A program made the translations under genes and the position numbers. From Minisyncoccota bacterium (GTDB lineage: Bacteria > Patescibacteriota > Minisyncoccia > Phycocordibacterales > UBA9973), in the NCBI GenBank assembly GCA_041674285.1, contig JBAYVZ010000004.1, positions 21,913 through 85,912 on the forward strand: a stretch of DNA of 64,000 nucleotides. The letters run 5' to 3'. The stretch's first letter is position 1. Each line of letters opens with the position of its first letter. The notes beneath the pieces are model-generated. The model saw only the letters and a program-made list of their open reading frames with translations. It did not search any database and was not told where the DNA came from. Shown here piece after piece: positions 1-9,012 of the stretch.

Positions 1-507
1 CCCATCCTCCCCACCAGTTATCAGGGCATCTATACCAATATCAAATCCATACGGCCCCATCCATATACTCAGAGCACCGAGTACGCCCCCGAGAACAAAA
101 TAATTCAGGAAGCTATACAGATATGATGTACCGTATTTTTTCAATATAGATAAAAATACAAAAGAAAAAGCAAGCGTATGATAAAGGAGTAGTAGCCCAG
201 TACCTCGAGCAAAATTAGAGAGTAATGCTAAATTAGGATTGATCGCATATACAGCAGTCAGACTCATCCATAATACAAATAAAATTGCCGGAATAAAATA
301 CACTAGGTACTTCCTAGAAAAACGATAAGATGAATCCACAATCAGAGAGTATATCCAGACAAAGAACATAATCTCGACCACTCCATAGATAAAGAAAGTC
401 TTTGAAGATACATGTGGGTATAAATTATTGTAAAAATAAGCAATAGGTGCCAATAAAAAAAGCCCAAAAGAGCAGTATTTTAGTATTTTATCCTTTAGAT
501 TAAACAT
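1..507 (-). CDS. O-antigen ligase-like membrane protein, N-terminal part (runs off window edge)
   Basis: Hand translation from ATG 507: MFNLKDKILKYCSFGLFLLAPIAYFYNNLYPHVSSKTFFIYGVVEIMFFVW...SNFARGTGLLLLYH; several hydrophobic segments; not in ORF track because truncated. Confidence 0.6.
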   Translation of the reverse strand, partial: MFNLKDKILKYCSFGLFLLAPIAYFYNNLYPHVSSKTFFIYGVVEIMFFVWIYSLIVDSSYRFSRKYLVYFIPAILFVLWMSLTAVYAINPNLALLSNFARGTGLLLLYHTLAFSFVFLSILKKYGTSYLYSFLNYFVLGGVLGALSIWMGPYGFDIGIDALITGGEDG

Positions 508-529
508 ATAAATAGTATACCAAAAAAAC

Positions 530-555
530 AAAAACCACCCAAATGGGTGGTTTTT
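530..555. terminator. Bidirectional intrinsic terminator after S-layer-like gene
   Basis: AAAAACCACCC-AAAT-GGGTGGTTTTT. Confidence 0.8.
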
Positions 556-590
556 GTAGTTCTGATATTCCTAGAACTAGCTAAACAACA

Positions 591-2555
591 TTAGTTGTTA
601 AGTAGTTGGAAACCAGTACGGAAGTTAACATCAGGAGACAAAGTCACCCCTGTACCTGTAACTAGACCAGCCTCTGTGAAAGTCTGAACTTGTTTAACTT
701 GTACGCGGTATGAAGTATTGTTTGTACCTGCTGTTAATGTTGCCTTCAATGTGAAGTGCTTTGCCTCTCCTTCATTTAGAGCGTAACCATTTGTATCAAT
801 AGTTGCATCTGAAGTTTCAAGTGTAATACCTGATACTGTTACAGATGTATCTGTTGTTGTTGGTGCGCCTGAATTTTGGAATACAAATGCGAATGCATGT
901 GAAGCTGAAACTGTTGCAGCATTTAGTGCTGTTTGGCCTAGGTAAAGTGTATCACCGAAAGCTGTAACAGTAACTGGGATTGAGTAAGCAACTGAAGTTA
1001 CATCACCAGTAGTTGTGTTTGCTGTAGGAGTAACTGTAGCAGTTCCCATTACAACGTTCACACCTTCTGCGAAGAATTGCTGAGCATTACCAGCAGCAGA
1101 TCCAGAGATTTCTGTAGAATCTGTTAGCTGATCACCTTCTGCGTTTTCAGCAACCATAGCTGCACGGTCTGTTGATAGCAAAGATGCTGTTAGAGTATCT
1201 CCACCATCAAAGTCTGTAGCTGTAACACCTGTGTTTTCTGTATCATTGATGTCAGCTGTAACAACGAATGTTGTTGTTGAGCCAGCAGCAAGATCAAGAT
1301 CCAAGTTGTCGAATGTTACAACAGCTGTTGTGTTTGATGCACAAGTAGATACACAGTTTGAACCTGTTGATTCAGTATATGTGTTTCCACCGATTGTCAA
1401 AGTAACAGATCCTGTTAGAGCATCGATAGAATCACCAGTTGATACTAGAGTGATTGGCATTTCATCCAACCATACCTTTGATGTACCATCTAGAACTAGC
1501 TTACCCTTTAGAAGTACAACTCCCTTTGTATCGTTAGTTGTACTTACTTTTACAACTGCTGCTGCAGGTGTACTGTCTGTAGAGATCTTTAGTTCTGTAT
1601 CTGCTGATGTAGCAAATGATACGAATGCCATACCTACTCCATCTCCTGCTGTATCGTAATCAAGATTACCAGTTAGCATTGAGTCTGCGTTTGTAAGTGT
1701 TGTTGTAACACCACCACCGTCAACGTAACGGATGTTGTTGATACCAACTGTCCATGAATCAGAATCGATATCACCTGAGTCTAGGTTTGAGATTGCGTCA
1801 ACTGTTACGTACATTTTTGCTGTAGTATCAGCCTTTACAACTGCACCTGCTAGAGTGATTGTCTTTGAGTAAACACCTGTTGAATCCTTTGTAAAGTCAG
1901 CAACGTTTGCTGTACCAACCTTTGTTGATCCTGCGTATACGTGTACTGCTGTTAGGTAATCATTTAGGCGATCTGAATCAGTAGAACCGTTTGAAGCTGA
2001 GTCGAAAGTCAATTTGATTGACTTTACTTCAACGTCACCATCCTTTGATGTATCAACATCGAAGCCCATAACTTTAACATCTGTCTGACCAGCACTTACT
2101 TCTTCATCATTGTATGAAGAGATTTGTGTGATTGATGTGATTTCACCTGTTACTCCAGCTAGTGTAGATGGAGTTGTAGCTGATGCTACACATGAAGCGA
2201 ATAGAGGAGCAACTGGAGTTGTAGCTACATATCCTGCTGGACATGTTGTACCTGTTGTACCACCTGTTGAACCACCGTCTGTTGCTACAGCGTTAGCCTT
2301 AGCTTTTGACATGTTTCCGAACACACCATCAGCTGTTAGGCCGTTAGCTGCTTGCCATACCATAACCTTTGCTTTAGTCATAGGACCAAAGTTTCCGTCA
2401 GCGTTTGCACCGACTAGAGTCTGGAGAGTCATTACTGCTGCTCCTTTACTTCCCACCTTAAGAGTAGTAGTACCGAAATCATAAGCAGCTGAAGCTGAGA
2501 ATGCGATTGCAAAAGCAGCTACTGCGAATGTTCCGATTAAATATTTTTTTAACAT
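591..2555 (-). CDS. Secreted S-layer-like surface protein with N-terminal peptidoglycan-binding domain
   Basis: Signal peptide (AFSASA); PG-binding motif LKVGSKG..V..LQ...ADGNFGPMTKAKV..WQ..NGLTADGVFG; T/S/A/G/D-rich beta repeats; strongly biased codons. Confidence 0.8.
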   Translation of the reverse strand: MLKKYLIGTFAVAAFAIAFSASAAYDFGTTTLKVGSKGAAVMTLQTLVGANADGNFGPMTKAKVMVWQAANGLTADGVFGNMSKAKANAVATDGGSTGGTTGTTCPAGYVATTPVAPLFASCVASATTPSTLAGVTGEITSITQISSYNDEEVSAGQTDVKVMGFDVDTSKDGDVEVKSIKLTFDSASNGSTDSDRLNDYLTAVHVYAGSTKVGTANVADFTKDSTGVYSKTITLAGAVVKADTTAKMYVTVDAISNLDSGDIDSDSWTVGINNIRYVDGGGVTTTLTNADSMLTGNLDYDTAGDGVGMAFVSFATSADTELKISTDSTPAAAVVKVSTTNDTKGVVLLKGKLVLDGTSKVWLDEMPITLVSTGDSIDALTGSVTLTIGGNTYTESTGSNCVSTCASNTTAVVTFDNLDLDLAAGSTTTFVVTADINDTENTGVTATDFDGGDTLTASLLSTDRAAMVAENAEGDQLTDSTEISGSAAGNAQQFFAEGVNVVMGTATVTPTANTTTGDVTSVAYSIPVTVTAFGDTLYLGQTALNAATVSASHAFAFVFQNSGAPTTTDTSVTVSGITLETSDATIDTNGYALNEGEAKHFTLKATLTAGTNNTSYRVQVKQVQTFTEAGLVTGTGVTLSPDVNFRTGFQLLNN

Positions 2556-3060
2556 AATTTTTTTGTAATTGTATACACGTTTAGATTAATTTCGACTTAT
2601 CTTTCGATGCGACTAATAATAATGCATCGGAAGAAAAAATTAATGTGTGTGTATATATTTTTATAACAGTCTCTATCAACTGCTATTTTTACTATCAGAT
2701 AATTCCCCGAGAGAAACTATCTGATGAACGTAAACGAATTGAATGAATGCCCTGAACGAAAAGCTCAGGAACAAAACATATCTGCCTTGTCGACAGGGCC
2801 GATACCACATTCTGTCTCCTCCTCTGTCACCCGCCTCTATCTGCGGATAATCGTAACTCTATCTGATACGATACACCCAACCTCTATCAAGTCGGGCAAG
2901 AAAGAAAAACACAAAATGGACGACCATAAAAACAAGCGCGGTCTAATATAGTGAGGTAAAATACCCCACAAACGAAACTACAAAGCCGTGACAATATTCG
3001 GTATCAAATTGCACGGTATTTTGTTTTCAATGATCGCCCCTCATTAAAGTATGAGGGCTA
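2556..3060 (-). ncRNA. Putative long structured 5' leader RNA of the S-layer-like gene
   Basis: About ten hairpins, several pairing only through G-U on the minus strand; four GAUAGAG loops; extended -10-like TGCTAGTAT at ~3066-3074. Confidence 0.55.
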
Positions 3061-3158
3061 CTTACATACTAGCACATATTGGCCAAAAAAGCCAGTACTA
3101 GATGTACATCCATTATATAACACCCATAGATATATATGCAAGCAAAATCAAGCATATC

Positions 3159-3167
3159 TGTGGATAA
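3159..3167. promoter_or_regulatory. Single perfect DnaA box
   Basis: TGTGGATAA (= TTATCCACA). Confidence 0.4.
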
Positions 3168-3180
3168 ATACTATAGCCTG

Positions 3181-3283
3181 TTCCCCTCTTGAGGGGTGGA
3201 CTCTGTACTCAGAGGACGGGGTGGATGAATCCGAATCAATACTTCCACCCCACCCCTACGTGGCACCCCTGCCGAGGGGAATT
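3181..3283. repeat. GC-rich REP-like inverted doublet
   Basis: TTCCCCTC..GAGGGGTG..GGGGTGGA / TCCACCCC..CACCCCT..GAGGGGAA inverted arms in AT-rich background. Confidence 0.6.
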
Positions 3284-3290
3284 TTAACCC

Positions 3291-4163
3291 CTAAGCTAGC
3301 ATGTACCTACTCCATCTTTTCTCCCCCGTTTTCTTTATTTTCCCCAGAGACACTAGCGTGTTCAATTCGCGCTGAATTGTCTTTTCTGAGCAGTCAGAGA
3401 ACGACACGGAAATGTCCTTTATGGACAAACCAAACTCTCCACCTTTGTCCTTTATGATATCCTTTATTTTTTGAGACCTGTCTTCCTTAGGTAGAGATAC
3501 TTCTTCTTGTCCTTTAGAGTAAGATTGACTCTTTGGCTTGTCTGAGAGAGCACTCAGTCCGTGATTATTCCCCAGAGACATGAATGTCTTTTTTTGTCCT
3601 ATAATACCCATCGGGTTCACAGTATTCGCAGACACGGACAAAGATTTAGAATCATCAATTTTGAACATTTCTTCTGACAAAATAAATTCTGAGATTTTGC
3701 GGTTTTCAAATCTTTCAGCACCTTCTTCTACCCCCTCGATCTTTCCCTGATGTAGCTCTAATTCGTGAATCAAAACTTCAAATTCCCTACGCAATATCCG
3801 AGCATTCATCTCTGAGATAAAACCAATAGTTGAGGATATGTCCACCAGCGAGATGACCTCATTTATCTGTAGTCGCACAGACGTGATATGTGTATGTTTT
3901 TCGACAGGAGAAAGGACAGACATTTGATGCACCGCAGATAGGACATCTACCCCTCGTAGGCGCATCTTCATCTTGATCGCGTCGTCTGTGTCCATACAGT
4001 CCGTGACCATATATAGAGCTGCCAGTAGCTTCTCTGTCTTTTTCAAAACAAAAGAATAAACATCTTCATTACCAATGCTTTTATCGTTACGGACATGGCT
4101 ACCCATATAGTTATTTTGGGTATTTGTCTGTTTGTTTTTTAGTTTGTCTTTTTGGTCGTTCAT
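3291..4163 (-). CDS. Helical N-terminal domain plus C-terminal winged-HTH (DeoR-like) DNA-binding protein
   Basis: C-term RSQKIKDIIKDK...SIKDISVSFSDCSEKTIQRELNTLVSLGKIKKTGEKRWSRY; N-term KKTEKLLAALYMVTD resembles four-helix-bundle proteins. Confidence 0.7.
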   Translation of the reverse strand: MNDQKDKLKNKQTNTQNNYMGSHVRNDKSIGNEDVYSFVLKKTEKLLAALYMVTDCMDTDDAIKMKMRLRGVDVLSAVHQMSVLSPVEKHTHITSVRLQINEVISLVDISSTIGFISEMNARILRREFEVLIHELELHQGKIEGVEEGAERFENRKISEFILSEEMFKIDDSKSLSVSANTVNPMGIIGQKKTFMSLGNNHGLSALSDKPKSQSYSKGQEEVSLPKEDRSQKIKDIIKDKGGEFGLSIKDISVSFSDCSEKTIQRELNTLVSLGKIKKTGEKRWSRYMLA

Positions 4164-4346
4164 TGTCTTTTTTATAAAAAAATAATACTAGATACTGTCT
4201 TTTTGTGTGTCCATTATACACCTAAAATAGTTTCTAGCAACTAGACATGCAAGGCAAAAAAAGGTGGTCAGTATAGGTTATTTAAAGTACTAAAATCTAG
4301 CGCTCAAGCACTAGATTTATGATATAATTAGCATATAAATTTATGG

Positions 4347-4469
4347 TCCCGTTAGAAGTCATTTATGTCAGATCACGCACGGGAATAAATATTATTTTTT
4401 GAGTTATATTTTGATTTTATTATTTATAATTATGTACGATAATCTAAAGATTATCTACTTCTAACGGGA
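4347..4469 (+). mobile_element. Short TIR element (TCCCGTTAGAAG...CTTCTAACGGGA) at ftsK start codon
   Basis: Perfect terminal inverted repeat; ATGG on both sides (4343 and 4469); homologous to 39290-39409. Confidence 0.8.
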
Positions 4470-6709
4470 TGGCAAAAAAAGACATTGAAGATGAATTTGA
4501 AGACGATGAAGAATTCGAAGATGACGCTCCCATCCGCAGAAATTCCAGTAACGGAAAGAGGAAACCAGGGCCCAAAAAAGGATCAAAGCATCGCAGAAAA
4601 GTCGAACTAAAAGATGAAACCCGACAAAGTATTTGGGGTGTAGTTTTTTTTGTTTTCGCAATATTAATAATATTATCAATTTTTCACATAGGAGGTATCG
4701 CAGGTGATTTCTTGATGCAAGTATTAGGATCGTTCCTAGGCATTGGATACTACTTGCTCCCCGTAGTTTTAGGAGTACTCGGCGTATCATTTATGAGACG
4801 AGGCAGGCCAGAAGTTGCTACTCTGCATGCGATAGTTGGAGCTACTCTCATACTCTCTGTATTAGGTATTTGCGACATCACAGCTAACGGCGCAGGAGAA
4901 TCTACAAATCTCATATGGGGTGGATACCTAGGTAGTATCGTCGCATGGCCATTCATAAAATTATTCCGCGAGATCGGAGGCATCCTAGTCCTAGGAACTG
5001 TACTGATTGTATCCCTACTCGTACTCTTTGACGAGCGCCCAAACCTCATGCAAATCTGGGACAAGATAGTCGCATTCTTCAAGCAAGATATTCGCATAGA
5101 AAACAGTAATCAAGAATCTACCGCAGTAGAAGAAAACGAAGCAGAAGATTCTGCTCCTTTGAAAAAGATAAAACCACTAGAAGAGGAGTATGCGGAGACA
5201 GAGGAAGAGATGGAGCTAATAGAAAAACCTTTACCAAAATCCAAAAAATTTGTATCAAAAGCTTACACACCTCCCCCACTAACTCTCCTAGAAAAAGATA
5301 GCGGAAAGGCAAATGTCGGAGACACAAAATCAAACGTAAATATCATACAAAAAACTCTATTGAATTTTGGTATCCCAGTGGAGATGGACGAAGTAACAGT
5401 TGGACCTACTGTTACTAGATACGCACTCAAACCCGCTCAGGGGGTAAAGCTATCTCGTATAGTAGGACTCCAAAATGACCTAGCCCTATCTCTCGCTGCT
5501 CACCCTATACGTATCGAGGCACCTATCCCAGGTAAATCTCTAGTAGGTATAGAGATCCCAAACAAGGCAAAATCAACAGTCGGAATGGCGACGCTCCTAG
5601 CAGACGACAAGTTCCAAAACGCCCCAAAGCCATTAATGATTGCGTTGGGTCGAGGACTCTCTGGCAAGGCCCTATTCGGCAACCTAGCCAAGATGCCTCA
5701 TGCACTTATCGCTGGAACTACAGGCTCAGGAAAATCAGTCACAATCCACTCTGTCATAGTGTCTCTGTTATACAGGAATGGCCCAGAAGATTTACGATTT
5801 ATCATGGTGGATCCAAAGCGCGTAGAGCTCACCCTTTACAACAAGATCCCTCACCTACTCACACCTGTAATCACAGACCCAAAGAAGACAATCCTAGCCC
5901 TCAAATGGGCAGCAAAAGAGATGGACCGTCGATATGACCTGCTAGAGTCTCATTCTGTTAAAGATATTACCAGTTACCACGAAAATATCCTGGCAAAAGA
6001 CAAGAGTGGTGAATTGGAGCGTATGCCGTATATAGTCATCATTATCGATGAGTTGGCAGATATTATGCAGACATACCCAAGAGAGCTCGAGAGCGGTATC
6101 GTACGCCTCGCTCAGATGTCTCGTGCTGTCGGTATACACCTCATACTATCTACTCAGCGCCCATCTGTGAACGTCATCACAGGTCTCATCAAAGCTAATG
6201 TCCCTACTCGTATTGCCCTCCAAGTAGCATCCCAGATTGACTCTCGTACAATTCTAGATCAAGCAGGAGCTGAAAAATTGCTAGGTGCCGGAGATATGCT
6301 ATACGCAGGCGCAGAGATGAGTCAGCCAGAGCGTCTACAATCAGCATTCATATCAGAAAATGAAGTGAAGAAGGTGGTAGAATACCTAAAAGATGCATAT
6401 ATGGACGAATTACCAGATACTATCGAGCTATCTGGTTCGATAGAAAATGGCAACAACCTATTCAACGGCAGTCTGACAGATGAAGGTGGCGATGATGACC
6501 TATATGAAGACGCGAGGCAAATAGTGATTGAAACTGGAAAAGCCTCTACCTCATACCTACAGAGAAAGCTAGGAGTCGGATACGCTCGTGCAGCAAAACT
6601 GATAGATATGCTAGAAGACAGAGGTATAGTCGGTCCAGCCAATGGATCAAAACCTCGTGATGTATTAGAAAGACCAGTCGATCATATAGGTAGCGAAGAA
6701 CAAATCTAA
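4469..6709 (+). CDS. ftsK: DNA translocase FtsK
   Basis: 4TM N-terminus; PHALIAGTTGSGKS Walker A; MVDPKRVEL; IDELAD; gamma domain STSYLQRKLGVGYARAAKLIDMLE. Confidence 0.97.
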   Translation: MAKKDIEDEFEDDEEFEDDAPIRRNSSNGKRKPGPKKGSKHRRKVELKDETRQSIWGVVFFVFAILIILSIFHIGGIAGDFLMQVLGSFLGIGYYLLPVVLGVLGVSFMRRGRPEVATLHAIVGATLILSVLGICDITANGAGESTNLIWGGYLGSIVAWPFIKLFREIGGILVLGTVLIVSLLVLFDERPNLMQIWDKIVAFFKQDIRIENSNQESTAVEENEAEDSAPLKKIKPLEEEYAETEEEMELIEKPLPKSKKFVSKAYTPPPLTLLEKDSGKANVGDTKSNVNIIQKTLLNFGIPVEMDEVTVGPTVTRYALKPAQGVKLSRIVGLQNDLALSLAAHPIRIEAPIPGKSLVGIEIPNKAKSTVGMATLLADDKFQNAPKPLMIALGRGLSGKALFGNLAKMPHALIAGTTGSGKSVTIHSVIVSLLYRNGPEDLRFIMVDPKRVELTLYNKIPHLLTPVITDPKKTILALKWAAKEMDRRYDLLESHSVKDITSYHENILAKDKSGELERMPYIVIIIDELADIMQTYPRELESGIVRLAQMSRAVGIHLILSTQRPSVNVITGLIKANVPTRIALQVASQIDSRTILDQAGAEKLLGAGDMLYAGAEMSQPERLQSAFISENEVKKVVEYLKDAYMDELPDTIELSGSIENGNNLFNGSLTDEGGDDDLYEDARQIVIETGKASTSYLQRKLGVGYARAAKLIDMLEDRGIVGPANGSKPRDVLERPVDHIGSEEQI

Positions 6710-6710
6710 T

Positions 6711-7094
6711 ATGACATCAACTATCAAAAAAAGATCAGTGAAGTGGTGGGTGGGGACAGGGCTATGTATGGCTCTGTTCCTCTCTATCTCTGTATATTCA
6801 TATGCAAAGATGCGAGTCGTGATAAATGGAGTCAAAGTAAAGGCAGAGATAGAAAAAACATCTGAATCCCCCCTTGCCTTCATAAAAGGAAATGCGAGGA
6901 ATGCCATATATATCAGCCTAAATGGTAGAGAAATTTTTATAGACAAGGACGGCACATTCAAAGAGCCTATTGCCCTACTAGACGGCCTGGGTGTTGTCAC
7001 CATAGAAGCTCAAGACAAATTCGGTAATACCTCAAAAAAGCAATTCCAAGTTGTATATAAAGACAATCAAAAAGTCGCATTATTAGAAAAGTAA
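6711..7094 (+). CDS. Membrane-anchored Ig-like domain hypothetical protein
   Basis: N-terminal TM; beta-rich IKGNA..ISLNG...DGTFKEPIALLDG...IEAQDKFGN. Confidence 0.6.
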   Translation: MTSTIKKRSVKWWVGTGLCMALFLSISVYSYAKMRVVINGVKVKAEIEKTSESPLAFIKGNARNAIYISLNGREIFIDKDGTFKEPIALLDGLGVVTIEAQDKFGNTSKKQFQVVYKDNQKVALLEK

Positions 7095-7096
7095 TA

Positions 7097-7215
7097 CAAA
7101 ATTTTTAATTACAAATTTTTAATTTTTAAATAATAAACAAATGTTTTAATAAATTAATTCATTTAAACATTATTTATAAAATTTTTAAATTATAAAATTA
7201 CAAAATTATAATTTT
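7097..7215 (+). repeat. AT-rich inverted short-repeat element upstream of recA
   Basis: AATTTTT-like repeats followed by AAAATTA-like repeats; similar to 10285-10390 reverse complement. Confidence 0.55.
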
Positions 7216-8262
7216 ATGCAAAAGAAAGCAAAGAAAGAACCAAAGACAACAGGCAGTGCGATAGAAGATACAATCAAGTCTATCCAGACTAAATTCGGTG
7301 AAGGTGCCATCATGACACTCGGAGAGACAGCAAAGGTAGATGTGAATACTATATCCACTGGATCAGTGGGATTGGATATGGCGCTAGGCGTCGGTGGACT
7401 ACCCCGTGGACGTATAATCGAGATATTTGGACCAGAGTCATCTGGTAAGACTACTCTTGCCCTACACGTAGTAGCAGAAGCCCAGAAAACTGGCGGTGTA
7501 TGTGCGTATATCGACGCAGAACACGCTATGGACCCAGATTACGCAGCAAAGCTCGGAGTAAAGATAAATGAGCTCCTAATCTCTCAGCCAGACACTGGAG
7601 AGCAGGGTCTAGAGATCACAGAGAGTCTAATACGCTCTGGCAAGATCGACGTTATAGTCATCGACTCTGTAGCAGCACTCACTCCAAAGGATGAGATCGA
7701 GGGAGATATGGGTCAGTCACACGTAGGTAAACAAGCTCGTCTAATGTCTCAAGCACTAAGAAAGCTCACGGCAATCGTCGCCCATTCAAAGACTGTCGTT
7801 ATATTCATAAACCAGATCCGTATGCAGATCGGTATCATGTTCGGTAATCCCGAGACTACTCCAGGTGGAAAGGCTCTAAAATTCTATACATCTGTACGTC
7901 TTGATATTCGTCGTATCGCCCAGATCAAAAAAGGTGAAGACGTAGTAGGATCTCGTACTCGCGTAAAGGTGGTCAAGAACAAGGTCGCTGCCCCATTCAA
8001 ACAGACAGAATTCGACATACTGTACGGCGAGGGCATCTCTCGTGAGGGTGAGATCATCGCCCTAGGTGAAAAGCTAGGATTAATCGACAAAGCAGGCGCA
8101 TCATACTCTATGAAGAACAAGGAGGGTGAAAAGGTACCTATGGGTCGTGGATACGATGCTACTCGCGTATGGCTACGTGAGAATAAAAAGGTAGCTGATG
8201 CCCTACTCAAAGAGATCAAATCTCGTTTCAATGAAATCCAGATAACCAGCGCAGGAGAATAA
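7216..8262 (+). CDS. recA: Recombinase RecA
   Basis: [34 protein letters not shown]. Confidence 0.99.
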   Translation: MQKKAKKEPKTTGSAIEDTIKSIQTKFGEGAIMTLGETAKVDVNTISTGSVGLDMALGVGGLPRGRIIEIFGPESSGKTTLALHVVAEAQKTGGVCAYIDAEHAMDPDYAAKLGVKINELLISQPDTGEQGLEITESLIRSGKIDVIVIDSVAALTPKDEIEGDMGQSHVGKQARLMSQALRKLTAIVAHSKTVVIFINQIRMQIGIMFGNPETTPGGKALKFYTSVRLDIRRIAQIKKGEDVVGSRTRVKVVKNKVAAPFKQTEFDILYGEGISREGEIIALGEKLGLIDKAGASYSMKNKEGEKVPMGRGYDATRVWLRENKKVADALLKEIKSRFNEIQITSAGE

Positions 8263-8265
8263 GAC

Positions 8266-8377
8266 AGTTATAAAGTTGAAAGTTTATAAAGTGTAAAGAA
8301 TTAGACTTTTAGACTTTATTTTGATATATTCTCAGTAGTTTACTTTATAACTTTTAACATTAAGACTTTATAACTCT
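8266..8377. repeat. Inverted arrays of ~8-nt repeats between recA and efp
   Basis: TTATAAAG/TTGAAAG/TGTAAAG arm facing AGACTTT/ATAACTTT arm. Confidence 0.55.
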
Positions 8378-8965
8378 ATGGCAATGCTAGAATACAGCGA
8401 TATACGCACAGGAAAGATTATTATCCACGAAGAGGAGCCTTGTTTGGTGGTGGACAACCATGTTGCCCGCACTCAACAGCGCAAGCCTCAGAACCAAGTA
8501 AAGCTCAAGAGTCTACTATCTGGACGCACATGGAATACTACATTCCACGCTTCAGACAAGGCAGACGAGGCCGAGATTAGTAAAAAAGAGGTAAAGTTCC
8601 TATTTGCAAACAAAGGTGAATACTGGTTCTGTGATCCAGAGAATCCAAAAGACCGATTCCAATTAGCAGAGAGTGTCATCGGTGATCAGATAAAGTATCT
8701 CCAACCAAATGAGAATACAACTGCAATCTCTTGGAACAATGAAGATGATGAAGAGCAGATAATCAGTATAAAGCTCCCAGTCAAGATGGAATTCATCATC
8801 AAAGACTGCCCTCCTACTATCAAGGGTGCCACAGCTAGTGGTGGAAACAAGATCGCAGTATTGGAAAATGGTACTACAGTCAATGTCCCCCTATTCCTAA
8901 ACCCAGGCGAAAAAATCCGTATCAATACAGAGACTGGCGAATACGTAGAAAGAGTCCAATCGTAA
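8378..8965 (+). CDS. efp: Elongation factor P
   Basis: PTIKGATASGGNKIAVLENG..VNVPLFLNPGEKIRINTETGEYVER C-terminal signature. Confidence 0.93.
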   Translation: MAMLEYSDIRTGKIIIHEEEPCLVVDNHVARTQQRKPQNQVKLKSLLSGRTWNTTFHASDKADEAEISKKEVKFLFANKGEYWFCDPENPKDRFQLAESVIGDQIKYLQPNENTTAISWNNEDDEEQIISIKLPVKMEFIIKDCPPTIKGATASGGNKIAVLENGTTVNVPLFLNPGEKIRINTETGEYVERVQS

Positions 8966-8973
8966 TATGACGC

Positions 8974-9010
8974 AAAAAAAATCCTGACCACTTGTGGTCA
9001 GGATTTTTTT
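8974..9010. terminator. Bidirectional terminator between convergent genes
   Basis: AAAAAAAATCCTGACCAC-TT-GTGGTCAGGATTTTTTT. Confidence 0.85.
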
Positions 9011-9012
9011 AT

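Noticed and set aside
2724-2951. 75-aa plus-strand ORF in the S-layer upstream region
   Set aside because: No recognisable motif; overlaps hairpins whose G-U pairs favour a minus-strand RNA
3159-3167. DnaA box as replication origin
   Set aside because: Single box, no dnaA/dnaN nearby, and gene orientation is mostly minus on both sides
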